Part shown: positions 48,896-57,610 of the stretch, piece after piece
Numbering within the stretch: the first letter of the stretch is position 1
Layout: each line of letters starts with the position of its first letter
Assembly (NCBI GenBank): GCA_034722055.1
Contig: JAYENL010000173.1
Span: 2,532 to 66,531, forward strand
DNA from: Armatimonadota bacterium
Lineage (GTDB): Bacteria; Armatimonadota; Zipacnadia; Zipacnadales; UBA5352
DNA length: 64,000 nt
Reading direction: 5' to 3'
Program-made: the position numbers and the translations under genes
The notes under the pieces: generated by a model
What the model was told of the DNA's origin: nothing
Database searches by the model: none
Seen by the model: the letters and a program-made list of their open reading frames with translations, nothing else

Positions 48896-50203
48896 TCAGT
48901 GCTCCGAGCGCAGTCCGTGTGGAATGCAGTCACGGGAGACCGCCAGCAGCAGAGCCAGCGCGATGAAGTTCACCACCACGGAGGTGCCCCCGTAGCTCAT
49001 GAACGGGAGGGTGATCCCCGTCAGGGGGATCAGCTTGGTGACGCCACCGATGATCACCAGCGTCTGCAGCGAGAAGACCACCGCCAGCCCCGCCGCCAGC
49101 AGTGCGCCGAAGCTGTCGGTGGCCTGCCAGGCAATGCTGAACGAGCGGTGGGCGGCCAGGGCGAACAGCAGGACGATGGCCACGGCGCCGGCCAGTCCCA
49201 GCTGCTGGGCGCCGACGGCGAAGATCAGGTCGGTGGTGGCGGCCGGGATGCTGCCGCCACCTCCAGTGGCGAATCCCGTTCCCAGCAGGCCACCCTCCGC
49301 CAGCGCGAAGAGGCTCTGCAGGATCTGGTAGCCGCCCTCCGTCGGCTCCAGCCAGGGGTTGGCCCACATGTCCACACGGGTGCGGACGTGCGGGAACCAG
49401 AGGTAGGCGCCGACCCCTCCGGCCACGAACAGCACCAGCGCCACCGCCGCGTAGCTCTTGTGGCCGGTGGCCAGATACGTCATGGCCACGAAGAGGCCGA
49501 AGAACAGCACCGCCGCCCCCAGGTCCCGCTGTCCCACGAAGATGGTCAGCGAGAAGACGACCATCAGCACCAGGGGGGCGATGTGCCGCAAGCGGGGCAT
49601 CTGAAGGCCCGCCACCCTCCGGGTGTCCTCCCGCAACAGCTCCGCGCGCTCCGCGACGTAGCCGGCCAGAAAGATGCACATCAGGACCTTCACCAGCTCC
49701 GTGGGCTGGAAGGTGATCAGCGGGCGCAGACCCAGTCCGGGGGGCGGTATCGACAGCCACAGCCGCGCCCCGCCCCTCTCCACGCCGAAGGCCAGCGTCA
49801 GTCCCACCAGCAGCAGCGCCAGCACGCCGCTGGTGTACTTCAGCCGAGCCAGGTCGCGCACGTCCTCGATGAGGTAGTAGACGGCCACCATGATCCCCGA
49901 GCCGGTCAGCATCCACACGATCTGCCGGGACGCGGAGCGCTCGTCGAGCTGCCACAGCAGCAGAAAGCCCAGCCCGGAGATGACCGCCACAAGCGGCAGC
50001 AGCCAGCGGTCGCGGCGGGGATCGGCCAGGTCCAGCATCAACGCCCCGGCGATGATCCCGCCCACCACCGAGAGCCCCCGGGTCAGCCGCCAGACCGGGT
50101 AGCCCATCCCCAGGCACACCAGCGCCCCACCCTCCGCCACCAGGGCCGCGGCGAACAGAAGCAGCAGCAGCTCTGTGCGTCGGCGCTGCAGAATCGATCT
50201 CAC
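48896..50203 (-). CDS. rodA: SEDS-family peptidoglycan glycosyltransferase (RodA/FtsW).
   Basis: A ~10-TM protein with SEDS-like conserved blocks. Its stop lies 4 nt upstream of the pbpA start. Confidence 0.85.
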   Translation of the reverse strand: MRSILQRRRTELLLLLFAAALVAEGGALVCLGMGYPVWRLTRGLSVVGGIIAGALMLDLADPRRDRWLLPLVAVISGLGFLLLWQLDERSASRQIVWMLTGSGIMVAVYYLIEDVRDLARLKYTSGVLALLLVGLTLAFGVERGGARLWLSIPPPGLGLRPLITFQPTELVKVLMCIFLAGYVAERAELLREDTRRVAGLQMPRLRHIAPLVLMVVFSLTIFVGQRDLGAAVLFFGLFVAMTYLATGHKSYAAVALVLFVAGGVGAYLWFPHVRTRVDMWANPWLEPTEGGYQILQSLFALAEGGLLGTGFATGGGGSIPAATTDLIFAVGAQQLGLAGAVAIVLLFALAAHRSFSIAWQATDSFGALLAAGLAVVFSLQTLVIIGGVTKLIPLTGITLPFMSYGGTSVVVNFIALALLLAVSRDCIPHGLRSEH

Positions 50204-50250
50204 CTCAAAGGGGCAGGAAGCGGCGCGCGCCCCGACAGGCCGGGCGGCCC

Positions 50251-50853
50251 TCAGCGCGCGCGGTACTCGAAGACGGTATTGCCCATGGCGATGCGGTCGC
50301 GGTCCCGAAGCTCCACCTCGTCCTCGACACGCTCGCCGTTGACGAAGGTCCCGTTGGTGCTGCCCCGGTCCACCAGGATGCGCCTGCCATCGCGGAGGCA
50401 GATGAGGGCGTGGCGGCTGGAGACGAAGCGATCCCGCAGCCGCAGGGAGTTCTCCTCGCTCCGGCCGACGGTGACCGCCGCGCTCAGCGGCACCTCATCG
50501 CCGGCGGCCCGCTCCTCGTCGTCGCTCTCGATGACCACCAGCCGCGGCGCGCGCGGCTCCTCCCGCATCGGCTCCTCCGAAGCCGGCGCGGGTGGCGGCT
50601 GCGGCACAGGCCGGTCCTCCGCGGCCGTGGGCTCCGGCTCAGGCCGCGTGGCCGCGTCGGCAGCGACCTCACGCGCCCGCCGGCGCTCGGCACGCGGCCT
50701 GGCGACCCGTCGGCGCACCCGCACACCCCCCGTCTCCCGCCGAGACTCGGCGAGAAGCTGGCCGATAATCCCGCGGAAGACCGCGAAGACGAAGCCATAC
50801 AGCACCGCCAGCAGCACGTACTTGCCCATGGTCAGCACGACAGTGAGATCCAA
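50251..50853 (-). CDS. fhaB: FHA-domain membrane protein (FhaB/FipA-like).
   Basis: An N-terminal TM helix is followed by a C-terminal FHA domain (GRSEENSLRL...SRRHA...GSTNGTFVNG). Confidence 0.75.
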   Translation of the reverse strand: MDLTVVLTMGKYVLLAVLYGFVFAVFRGIIGQLLAESRRETGGVRVRRRVARPRAERRRAREVAADAATRPEPEPTAAEDRPVPQPPPAPASEEPMREEPRAPRLVVIESDDEERAAGDEVPLSAAVTVGRSEENSLRLRDRFVSSRHALICLRDGRRILVDRGSTNGTFVNGERVEDEVELRDRDRIAMGNTVFEYRAR

Positions 50854-50936
50854 CGAAGCACCTCCGACAGCTCAGGCCCGGCGTTGATGATGATCGGCGG
50901 CAGCACCCGCCGAATCCTCCTGCAGGCGGCCGGCGC

Positions 50937-51596
50937 TTACTGGCCGGCCTGCACGAATCGAAGCTGGACGAGGCCCACCTCGATCAGGTCGCCGTCGTCC
51001 AGCAGCGTCTCCTCCACCTCGGCCGCGTTGACAAAGGTTCCGTTGCGGCTGCCCAGGTCGCGGATGCGGTAGCCCTGATGCGTCCAGTCGATCTCCGCGT
51101 GGCGCCGCGACACCGCCCGGTCGCTCAGCAGCACCTCGCAGCTCTCCTCGCGCCCGATGACCGCGCGATCCCCGATCTCGAAGCTGCCGCCGCCGGGCTG
51201 CCCGGCCATCACCAGCAGCCGCGCCCCGGCCGCCGTCTCGTCCAGGCGATGCTCCACCTCGATGCGCCCCGGCCTGCCGCCACCCTTCAGCGTCACCGCC
51301 ACGCCATCGCCGCAGGCCCACCCCTGCTCGCGCGCGTGCCGCTGCAGGTGCCGCCCGAGCTGCTCCGCCACCTCATCAGCCACCTCGCCCAGATGCGCCA
51401 GGTCCGCATCGGACAGATAGACGGTGTAGCGGTTCGGCACATAGGGGACGTCCGTCCCCAGGAGCCTGGCATCCGCCATCTCCCCCTGCAGGCGACGGGC
51501 GATCTCCAACGGATGCACGCCGCCGCCGTCCAGGCGGGCCAGCCCCCCGTCGATGGCCGACTGCAGGGCATCCTCCAGGCGCCTGAGCAGAGACAC
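50937..51596 (-). CDS. fhaA: FhaA-like protein: N-terminal DUF3662 domain plus C-terminal FHA domain.
   Basis: The N-terminus MSLLRRLEDALQSAIDGG is DUF3662-like. The C-terminal FHA motifs are GREESCEVLL...SRRHA...GSRNGTFVN. Confidence 0.75.
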   Translation of the reverse strand: MSLLRRLEDALQSAIDGGLARLDGGGVHPLEIARRLQGEMADARLLGTDVPYVPNRYTVYLSDADLAHLGEVADEVAEQLGRHLQRHAREQGWACGDGVAVTLKGGGRPGRIEVEHRLDETAAGARLLVMAGQPGGGSFEIGDRAVIGREESCEVLLSDRAVSRRHAEIDWTHQGYRIRDLGSRNGTFVNAAEVEETLLDDGDLIEVGLVQLRFVQAGQ

Positions 51597-51774
51597 GGTG
51601 ACCTCCCCACCCGCTGGGATTATAGCAGACAGCGCCGAGCCGCGCCACCGCCCCGCCCCGGTGCGCCCTGCGATTGCCGGTTGCGGGCGAGCTCGCGCGC
51701 AATCCAGCTATGCACTGGGGCGCGGGCGCCCCCGCCCGCGCCTTCCGCCGGCACCTGGAATTCGCACTCCCCGC

Positions 51775-53367
51775 TCAGCTCCCGGCGAACTGCTGCACCG
51801 CCCGGGCCACACGCTGCCCCAGCTCCCGCGCCTGCGCGGCGTCCACCGACGGGAAGCAGGCCCGCACCGTCCACTCCCCAGCGCCGAAGCTCTCCCCCGG
51901 CGTCAGAATCACCTGCCACTCCCGCGCCAGATGCGTCATGAAATCCCACGGGGCATGACTCCGCAGCGCCTCGGCGAGTTCCATCCCGCCGCGAGCGCGC
52001 GCCACGTCCGTGAGGTCGATGATCGTGGAGTAGCGGCTGCTTGGGCCCTGCGTCCACCGCGGCGTCTCGATGCCCAGACCGCGGTAGAGCGCCTCGATGC
52101 GCTCCGCCAGCTCCCCGCGGACCCACTGGAAGTAGCGGTGGCTGTCCGGCTCCATCAGGTCGTAGAGCGCGCAGAGGCAGATCAGCGCCTGCAGGGGCGT
52201 GGAGAGCCCGCTCATGTGGGTGAAGCTCACGCCCCGGCTGTCGGCGATGATGCGCTCCGTCAGCCCCATCTGCGCCGGCTCCATCGCCCGCCGGCAGTAC
52301 CACCCGTCGGCTGCCGCCCGTTCCTCCCCCTCCAGCCGCCACAGGGCCGCCTGGGCCACGCTCTCGGCGTGCATCAGGACCACGCCCAGCCGCATCCCCG
52401 CCAGGCCGAAGTCCTTCGACACGCTGTAGACACCGATGGTGTTGCGCGGGAGGCGGGCGATCTCCGTCTCCACCGGGCTGTCCAGGAACTGCATGTAGAC
52501 GTAGTCCGCAAGGGTAAGCAGGTCCGGATGGGCCTCCGCCGCCCGCTGGAGGGCGTCGAGGCTGCCCGGATCGGTCGTCACTGGAACCGGGTTACCGGGC
52601 GAGACCGTGACGGCCATGCGCACGCCGGGGTCGATGAGCCTCTCCAGGTCCTCGGCCTCCGCCGCCCAGCCGGCCTCCGGATCGCGGTGGATGGGCACCA
52701 CCTCGCAGCCGAGCTGGCACTCCACCAGGTCGCGCAGCGGCTCGTAGGTCGGCCACCACATGGCGACCCGATCTCCGGGCGAGATGAGGCCGTTGCGCGC
52801 CAGCGTGGTGGCGACCTGGGCGATGCCGGTGGTCGCGCCCTCGCAGGCGATGACCTCGAACTGCGCCGCCAGGTCCGCGTCCCCGCCGAACAGCAGCGGT
52901 GCCAGGTAGCGGGCCATGATGGGCTGCACGAAGTCCAGCGTGGGTGGCTCAGGGTAGGCGCGGCCGGCCGCGGCCTCGGCGAAGCGGAAGGCGATCTCCT
53001 CGCGCGACCAGCCCCGCAGCACCGTCCGGGCCAGCAAGTCCCAGCCGCGCTGCAGGAAGCGGCAGCCCTCCGCCAGGCCTCCCGGCGCACCCTCGCAGCG
53101 CGACGCGAACTCGTCGAAGGCCGATAGGTGTGACTCGCCGGGGGCCAGCGAGAGGGCTACATGCGGATCATGCGAGCGACGCGAGGCCGCCTGCGCCGAA
53201 TACAGCCCCAGGGCATGCCAGGCGGCCAGCACCAGCGGCTGCTGCCAGTTCGCGGCCCCGCGGGAGGCGTCCAGCAGCTCCGGGTCCTCGCGCTCCGACC
53301 CCGCCGCCTCCTCCAGCAGCACGTCACGCAGCAGGAACGGGCTCTTCCCGCCCGCCTTCAGTTCCAC
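51775..53367 (-). CDS. PLP-dependent class I/II aminotransferase, long AsdA-like form (aspartate 4-decarboxylase family).
   Basis: Length is 530 aa. The PLP-lysine block is YSVSKDFGLAGMRLG. The N-terminal start is uncertain. Confidence 0.55.
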   Translation of the reverse strand: MELKAGGKSPFLLRDVLLEEAAGSEREDPELLDASRGAANWQQPLVLAAWHALGLYSAQAASRRSHDPHVALSLAPGESHLSAFDEFASRCEGAPGGLAEGCRFLQRGWDLLARTVLRGWSREEIAFRFAEAAAGRAYPEPPTLDFVQPIMARYLAPLLFGGDADLAAQFEVIACEGATTGIAQVATTLARNGLISPGDRVAMWWPTYEPLRDLVECQLGCEVVPIHRDPEAGWAAEAEDLERLIDPGVRMAVTVSPGNPVPVTTDPGSLDALQRAAEAHPDLLTLADYVYMQFLDSPVETEIARLPRNTIGVYSVSKDFGLAGMRLGVVLMHAESVAQAALWRLEGEERAAADGWYCRRAMEPAQMGLTERIIADSRGVSFTHMSGLSTPLQALICLCALYDLMEPDSHRYFQWVRGELAERIEALYRGLGIETPRWTQGPSSRYSTIIDLTDVARARGGMELAEALRSHAPWDFMTHLAREWQVILTPGESFGAGEWTVRACFPSVDAAQARELGQRVARAVQQFAGS

Positions 53368-53541
53368 AGGCAGTCCTCCGATCTACTCCAATGGTTGCTG
53401 GCCGACCGGCGCGCGGGAAGTGTATCGGGTCGGTGCGACAGCGTCAACACGACGGTCTGAAAGGGACGGAAGTGTGAACACGCCGGGGCATCCAGGCGTC
53501 AAAGACAGTGAAGACACGCAGCATTGAGAGGCCTTTTGAGG

Positions 53542-53570
53542 TTTACAGGCGGGCCGAGGCCTGGTATACT
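53542..53570 (+). promoter_or_regulatory. Sigma70-like promoter for ssrA.
   Basis: A -35 TTTACA and a -10 TATACT are separated by a 17-nt spacer, ~27 nt upstream of the mature tmRNA 5' end. Confidence 0.45.
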
Positions 53571-53596
53571 GGACGGTGCGCACGTTGACAAGTGGT

Positions 53597-53945
53597 GGGG
53601 GCGATCGGATTCGACGGAGAGCTGGTGAGTCGAGGCTGCGAGCCGAGGTCTCCGGCACCTCGTAAAACCCGGAAACCCCATAACTGCCAACACCAACTTG
53701 GCACTCGCGGCTTAAGTAGTCGCGACGTCCGCCTGACCTTCGCCGATCAGGTCAGGGCCGGACGTCATGAGATCGGCCGAAGCGCGCGCCTTTGTCCGGT
53801 TAGCGCGCGGGGGTAACAGAACCGGGCCTGCCGCGACGGACCCTGCGCCCGGGGGCCGTCCCGGCTACGCAAAGCGGGCGCTACGCTCGTAGAGGCTTCG
53901 GACACCCCTTTTCGGACGCGGGTTCAATTCCCGCCGCCTCCACCA
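53597..53945 (+). ncRNA. ssrA: tmRNA (SsrA), with predicted tag peptide ANTNLALAA.
   Basis: The 5' GGGGGCG pairs with the 3' CGCCUCC, followed by discriminator A and CCA. A T-arm GGGTTCAATTCCC is present. The tag reading frame GCC AAC ACC AAC TTG GCA CTC GCG GCT TAA follows a pseudoknot region. The local GC drop is typical of an RNA gene. Confidence 0.9.
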
Positions 53946-53985
53946 GTTGCCAATGTCAGCGGCTATGCGGAGTCCGCCCACGAGC

Positions 53986-54013
53986 GCGCCCGCCGTCCTC
54001 ACGGCGGGCGTTT
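53986..54013 (+). terminator. Intrinsic terminator after ssrA.
   Basis: The stem GCGCCCGCCG, loop TCCTCA and stem CGGCGGGCG are followed by TTT. Confidence 0.5.
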
Positions 54014-54035
54014 CAGCGTACTGCGCCGACTGCCC

Positions 54036-54458
54036 TCAGTCCTGCTTCGCCGCGTGTGCGGCAATGAGGCCGTGGACGGTGGTGTTGTCGTAGACCTCGA
54101 TCACGGCCTGATGCGCTGCCGTCCACATCTCGCGGAAGGGGCACTCGCCATACAGCTCGCAGACGGCTGAGCCCTCCATCATGCAGTGCACGGGCACCAG
54201 CGGACCCTCGATGAAGCGGATAACCTCGCCCACGGTGACCGGCTGGGTGGGGTCCGCGAGCATGTATCCCCCATTCTTGCCCCGCTTGGAATCGACGAAC
54301 CCTCCCCGCCTGAGCTGGGCCAGGATGTTCTCGAGGAATCGCGGAGGAATGGCCTGCGCCTTGGCAATCTCGCCGCTTTTCACGGGCCACTCTCCCTCCC
54401 GGCGGGTAATCTCATACATGGCGCGAATCGCGTACTGGCACTTGTGCGAGAGAATCAC
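54036..54458 (-). CDS. Rrf2-family transcriptional regulator (IscR/NsrR-like).
   Basis: SD GGGAGG precedes a GTG start (VILSHKCQYAIRAMYEI). A wHTH is present. The three Cys residues (CMMEGSAVC...C) are in typical Fe-S ligand positions. Confidence 0.8.
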   Translation of the reverse strand: MILSHKCQYAIRAMYEITRREGEWPVKSGEIAKAQAIPPRFLENILAQLRRGGFVDSKRGKNGGYMLADPTQPVTVGEVIRFIEGPLVPVHCMMEGSAVCELYGECPFREMWTAAHQAVIEVYDNTTVHGLIAAHAAKQD

Positions 54459-54803
54459 AGTCGGCCTCCCGTTGCTGGAGTCTGCGACCACTCCCCGCCC
54501 CCGAGCTCGGTGATGCACACATGCTACCACAGAATCGGCAAAGTTGCACACCTCTGCGGCAGGTTTGCTTCGGGTACCCTCCCATCGCACGCGTCTCAGC
54601 CGGGCTGATGCAGGCCGTGACGCCCGACGCTGAAGGCGCGCACGGCAGCTCTGTCACCCGGCCTCATAGCCACCGCTGTGTGCGACGCGATGCACCCGAG
54701 TACTCCCGGCTGCGGCATCGCAACCCGGTCTTGCGCCCGGCGGTGTCTTCCGTTAGACTGCACGCAATCAGTGAAGTTCCATCCCTGTGAGAGAAACCCC
54801 ACC

Positions 54804-57602
54804 ATGAAGATACTGATCCTCGGCTGCGGCGTCTTCGAGCCGGAGCTGCAGTCGGTGATTGGCGACAGCCCACATGAGGTTGACTTCGAGCCCCTGCAGG
54901 CGGGCCTGCATGAGACCCCCGGCAGGCTGCGCGAGACCCTCCAACGTGCCATCGACCGGGCGGCGCAGGCCGGCTATGACGCTGTGGCACTGGCCTACGG
55001 CCTCTGCGGGCGGGGCACCGCCGGGCTGGTCGCCAGCGGCATCACCGTGGTCATCCCCCGGGTGCACGACTGCCTGACGCTCTTCCTGGGCTCGCGCGAG
55101 GAGTACCGCCGGCAGTTCCGGCGCCATCCAGGCACCTACTACATCACCCCCGGCTGGTTCACGCACAAGCTGGGACTGGATCAGACCGGGCGGCTGCGGA
55201 GCTGGAGCCACAATGCCCGGGATCACCCGCGCTTCGCGGAGCTGGCGGAGCAGTACGGTGAGGAGTCCGCGGCCGAGATCCTGCAGTTCCTGGGGAGCTG
55301 GAAGCGCAACTACACCCGAGTGGCGGTCATCGACACCGGCTGCGGCCAGGTCGATGAGTGCCGCCGCTTCGCAGAGCGTGTGGCCGAGAACCTGGGATGG
55401 CACCACGAGGCCCTGGACGGCGATACGGCCATCCTCCGCGACCTGGCCTTCGGGGAGTGGGACCAGGAGCACTTCCTGGTGCTCGAGCCCGGCCAGCGCT
55501 CTGCCTCCAGCGGCGATCAGCAGGTCCTGGTCGCGGTCCTCCCAGGCCAGCCCGTCGAGGAGGGCGGCGAGGCGCTCCAGGCGCTGGTGGCGGGCGCTGA
55601 GGGGACGGTGGTGGTCCGCTGCGGGCTGGGCCTGGGCATCGACGCCGGCGGCACCTACACCGACGCGGTGGTCTACGACTTCGCGGCCGAGCGCGTGCTC
55701 TCGAAGGCCAAGGCCCTCACCACGCACCACGACCCCCTCATCGGCATCGGCGACGCCCTCGACCGGCTGGAGGAGGGGCTGCTGGAACGCGTGACGCTGG
55801 CAGCCCTGTCCACGACCTTTGCCACCAACGCCATCGTGGAGGATCGCGGCGGCCAGCCCGGCTGCATCATCATGCCCCATGATGGCTTCGACGAGGCCCG
55901 CGTGCACTGGCCGCACTACGCCCTCGTGGGCGGGCGCATGAGCATCGGCGGCGAGGAGCTGGGGCCCTTCGATGCCGATGGCTGCCGGCGAGCGGTGCAG
56001 GAGCTGATGGACGCGGGGGTGGATGCCTTCGCCGTCTCAGGCTACGCCAGCGTCCGCAACCCCGGGCACGAGCTGGCGGCCCGGGAGATCATCCGCCAGG
56101 AGTGCGACCTGCCGGTGGTCTGCGGCCACGAGCTCTCTGCGCGGCTCAACTTCATCTCCCGCGCCAACACCGCCGCCCTCAACGCCCGGCTGCTTCCCCT
56201 CCTCGAGCGCCTCCTCGACGCCGCGCGCCGCACGCTGGCTGATCGCGGCGTCACCGCGCCGCTGATGGTGGTGAAGGGCGACGGCTCGCTCATCAACGTC
56301 ACCACCGCCCGGCTGCGGCCGGTGGAGACGATTCTCTCCGGCCCTGCGGCCAGCGTCCTGGGCGCCAGGCACCTGGTGGCCCAGGACGACGCCATGGTCA
56401 TCGACGTGGGCGGCACGACCACGGACGCGGCCATCATCGAGGAGGGCCAGCCGCGGCTGTCGCCGCGAGGTGCCCGCGTCGGCGGCTGGCAGACCTCCGT
56501 GGAGGCCGTGCAGGTCCGCACCATGGGCCTGGGGGGCGATAGCGTCCTGGACTTCAATGCCGACCGCGATCTGCTGGTCGGCCCCCACCGGGTGCTGCCC
56601 CTGTGCTACCTGGCGGCCTCGGGCCGAGAGGGCCTGGCCGCCGAGCTGGACCGCGTGGGGCTACGCAACGAGGCCGTGCGCACCTGCGCCATGTCCATCG
56701 ACTACCTGCTTCCGGGGCCACTGGCCGAGCACCGACGACTGACGGGCGAGGAGCAGCGCACCCTCGATGTCCTCGACGGCGAGGCCGTCAGCCGCGGCGC
56801 GCTGGCGGTCCGCCTGGGGCTGGCGTCTCCGCGACTGCTGAACACGCGGCGGATGGAGGACCGCGGGGTGCTGGCGCGCTCGGCCCTGACCCCCACCGAC
56901 CTGCTGCATCACTCCGGGCGGTTCACCGCCTGGGACGTGGCCGCGGCCACCGCCGGTGTGCGGGCCTTCGCGCGCCTGTTCGGCTGCGAGCCTGAGGAGC
57001 TGCTGTCGCTGGCCTGGGAGCGCATCGGCCGGATGCTGGGGCTGATGGTGGTGGCGGAGGAGCTGGGGCCTGAGTGCGGGCTCGAGGCGGAGCTTGAGGA
57101 CTCCCAGACCCTGCGGCTGGTCATGGAGCGAATCCTCGCTCACTCCTGCGAGGAGCCCTTGACCTTCCGGCCGCGCTACGACCGTCCCATCGCGGGCATC
57201 GGCGCCCCCGCAGAGGCCTTCTTGCCTCCGCTGTCGGAGCGACTGGGCTGCCACGTGGTCGTGCCGGAGCACGCCGAGGTTGCCAACGCCGTGGGCGCCA
57301 TCGTCAGTCACGTGGCGGCCTCGGAGGTGGTGGCGGTACGGCCCAGCGAGTACGATGCCTTCACCGTCTACGCGCCGAGCGGCAGGCGGGAGTTCGAGAG
57401 CCTCTCGGACGCGGCGGCCTTCGCCGCTGAGGAGGCCGCGAGACTCGCCCGGGAGCGAGCGGTGGCGGCCGGCGCCGCACAGCCGCGGGTCGAGGTGAAG
57501 CTCGACCGCCGACTCGGCCGGCTGTCCACCGGCGAGGAGCAGATCATCGAGGTCAGTGTGCGGGCCACCGCCGTGGGCTATCCGGCGGCGGCCGCCACCT
57601 AG
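54804..57602 (+). CDS. Fusion protein: N-terminal DUF1638 domain plus C-terminal hydantoinase/oxoprolinase-like ASKHA ATPase domains.
   Basis: The ATG is at 54804 (MKILILGCGVFEPELQ), 932 aa. The first ~230 aa are DUF1638-like. The remainder has hydantoinase-A-type blocks (GIDAGGTYTDAVV, MVIDVGGTTTD). Confidence 0.7.
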   Translation: MKILILGCGVFEPELQSVIGDSPHEVDFEPLQAGLHETPGRLRETLQRAIDRAAQAGYDAVALAYGLCGRGTAGLVASGITVVIPRVHDCLTLFLGSREEYRRQFRRHPGTYYITPGWFTHKLGLDQTGRLRSWSHNARDHPRFAELAEQYGEESAAEILQFLGSWKRNYTRVAVIDTGCGQVDECRRFAERVAENLGWHHEALDGDTAILRDLAFGEWDQEHFLVLEPGQRSASSGDQQVLVAVLPGQPVEEGGEALQALVAGAEGTVVVRCGLGLGIDAGGTYTDAVVYDFAAERVLSKAKALTTHHDPLIGIGDALDRLEEGLLERVTLAALSTTFATNAIVEDRGGQPGCIIMPHDGFDEARVHWPHYALVGGRMSIGGEELGPFDADGCRRAVQELMDAGVDAFAVSGYASVRNPGHELAAREIIRQECDLPVVCGHELSARLNFISRANTAALNARLLPLLERLLDAARRTLADRGVTAPLMVVKGDGSLINVTTARLRPVETILSGPAASVLGARHLVAQDDAMVIDVGGTTTDAAIIEEGQPRLSPRGARVGGWQTSVEAVQVRTMGLGGDSVLDFNADRDLLVGPHRVLPLCYLAASGREGLAAELDRVGLRNEAVRTCAMSIDYLLPGPLAEHRRLTGEEQRTLDVLDGEAVSRGALAVRLGLASPRLLNTRRMEDRGVLARSALTPTDLLHHSGRFTAWDVAAATAGVRAFARLFGCEPEELLSLAWERIGRMLGLMVVAEELGPECGLEAELEDSQTLRLVMERILAHSCEEPLTFRPRYDRPIAGIGAPAEAFLPPLSERLGCHVVVPEHAEVANAVGAIVSHVAASEVVAVRPSEYDAFTVYAPSGRREFESLSDAAAFAAEEAARLARERAVAAGAAQPRVEVKLDRRLGRLSTGEEQIIEVSVRATAVGYPAAAAT

Positions 57603-57610
57603 CAAGCGAG

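Noticed and set aside
173-50887. Numerous long ORFs antisense to or overlapping the genes above. Examples are 173-1789(-), 1802-3496(-), 3533-5368(-), 6622-8907(-), 12697-14850(-), 18956-22291(-, 1111 aa), 22379-23683(-), 27171-28934(+), 35633-37765(+), 40416-42692(-) and 48149-50887(+).
   Set aside because: At ~70% GC, stop codons are rare in all frames. These ORFs have Arg/Pro/Gly/Ala-rich, low-complexity translations and no SD. They overlap genes that have clear domain signatures. They are treated as artefacts.
53383-53816. Small ORFs (53383-53658-, 53499-53696-, 53592-53816+) over the tmRNA locus.
   Set aside because: They lie within the ssrA structural RNA and its promoter, so they are not protein-coding.
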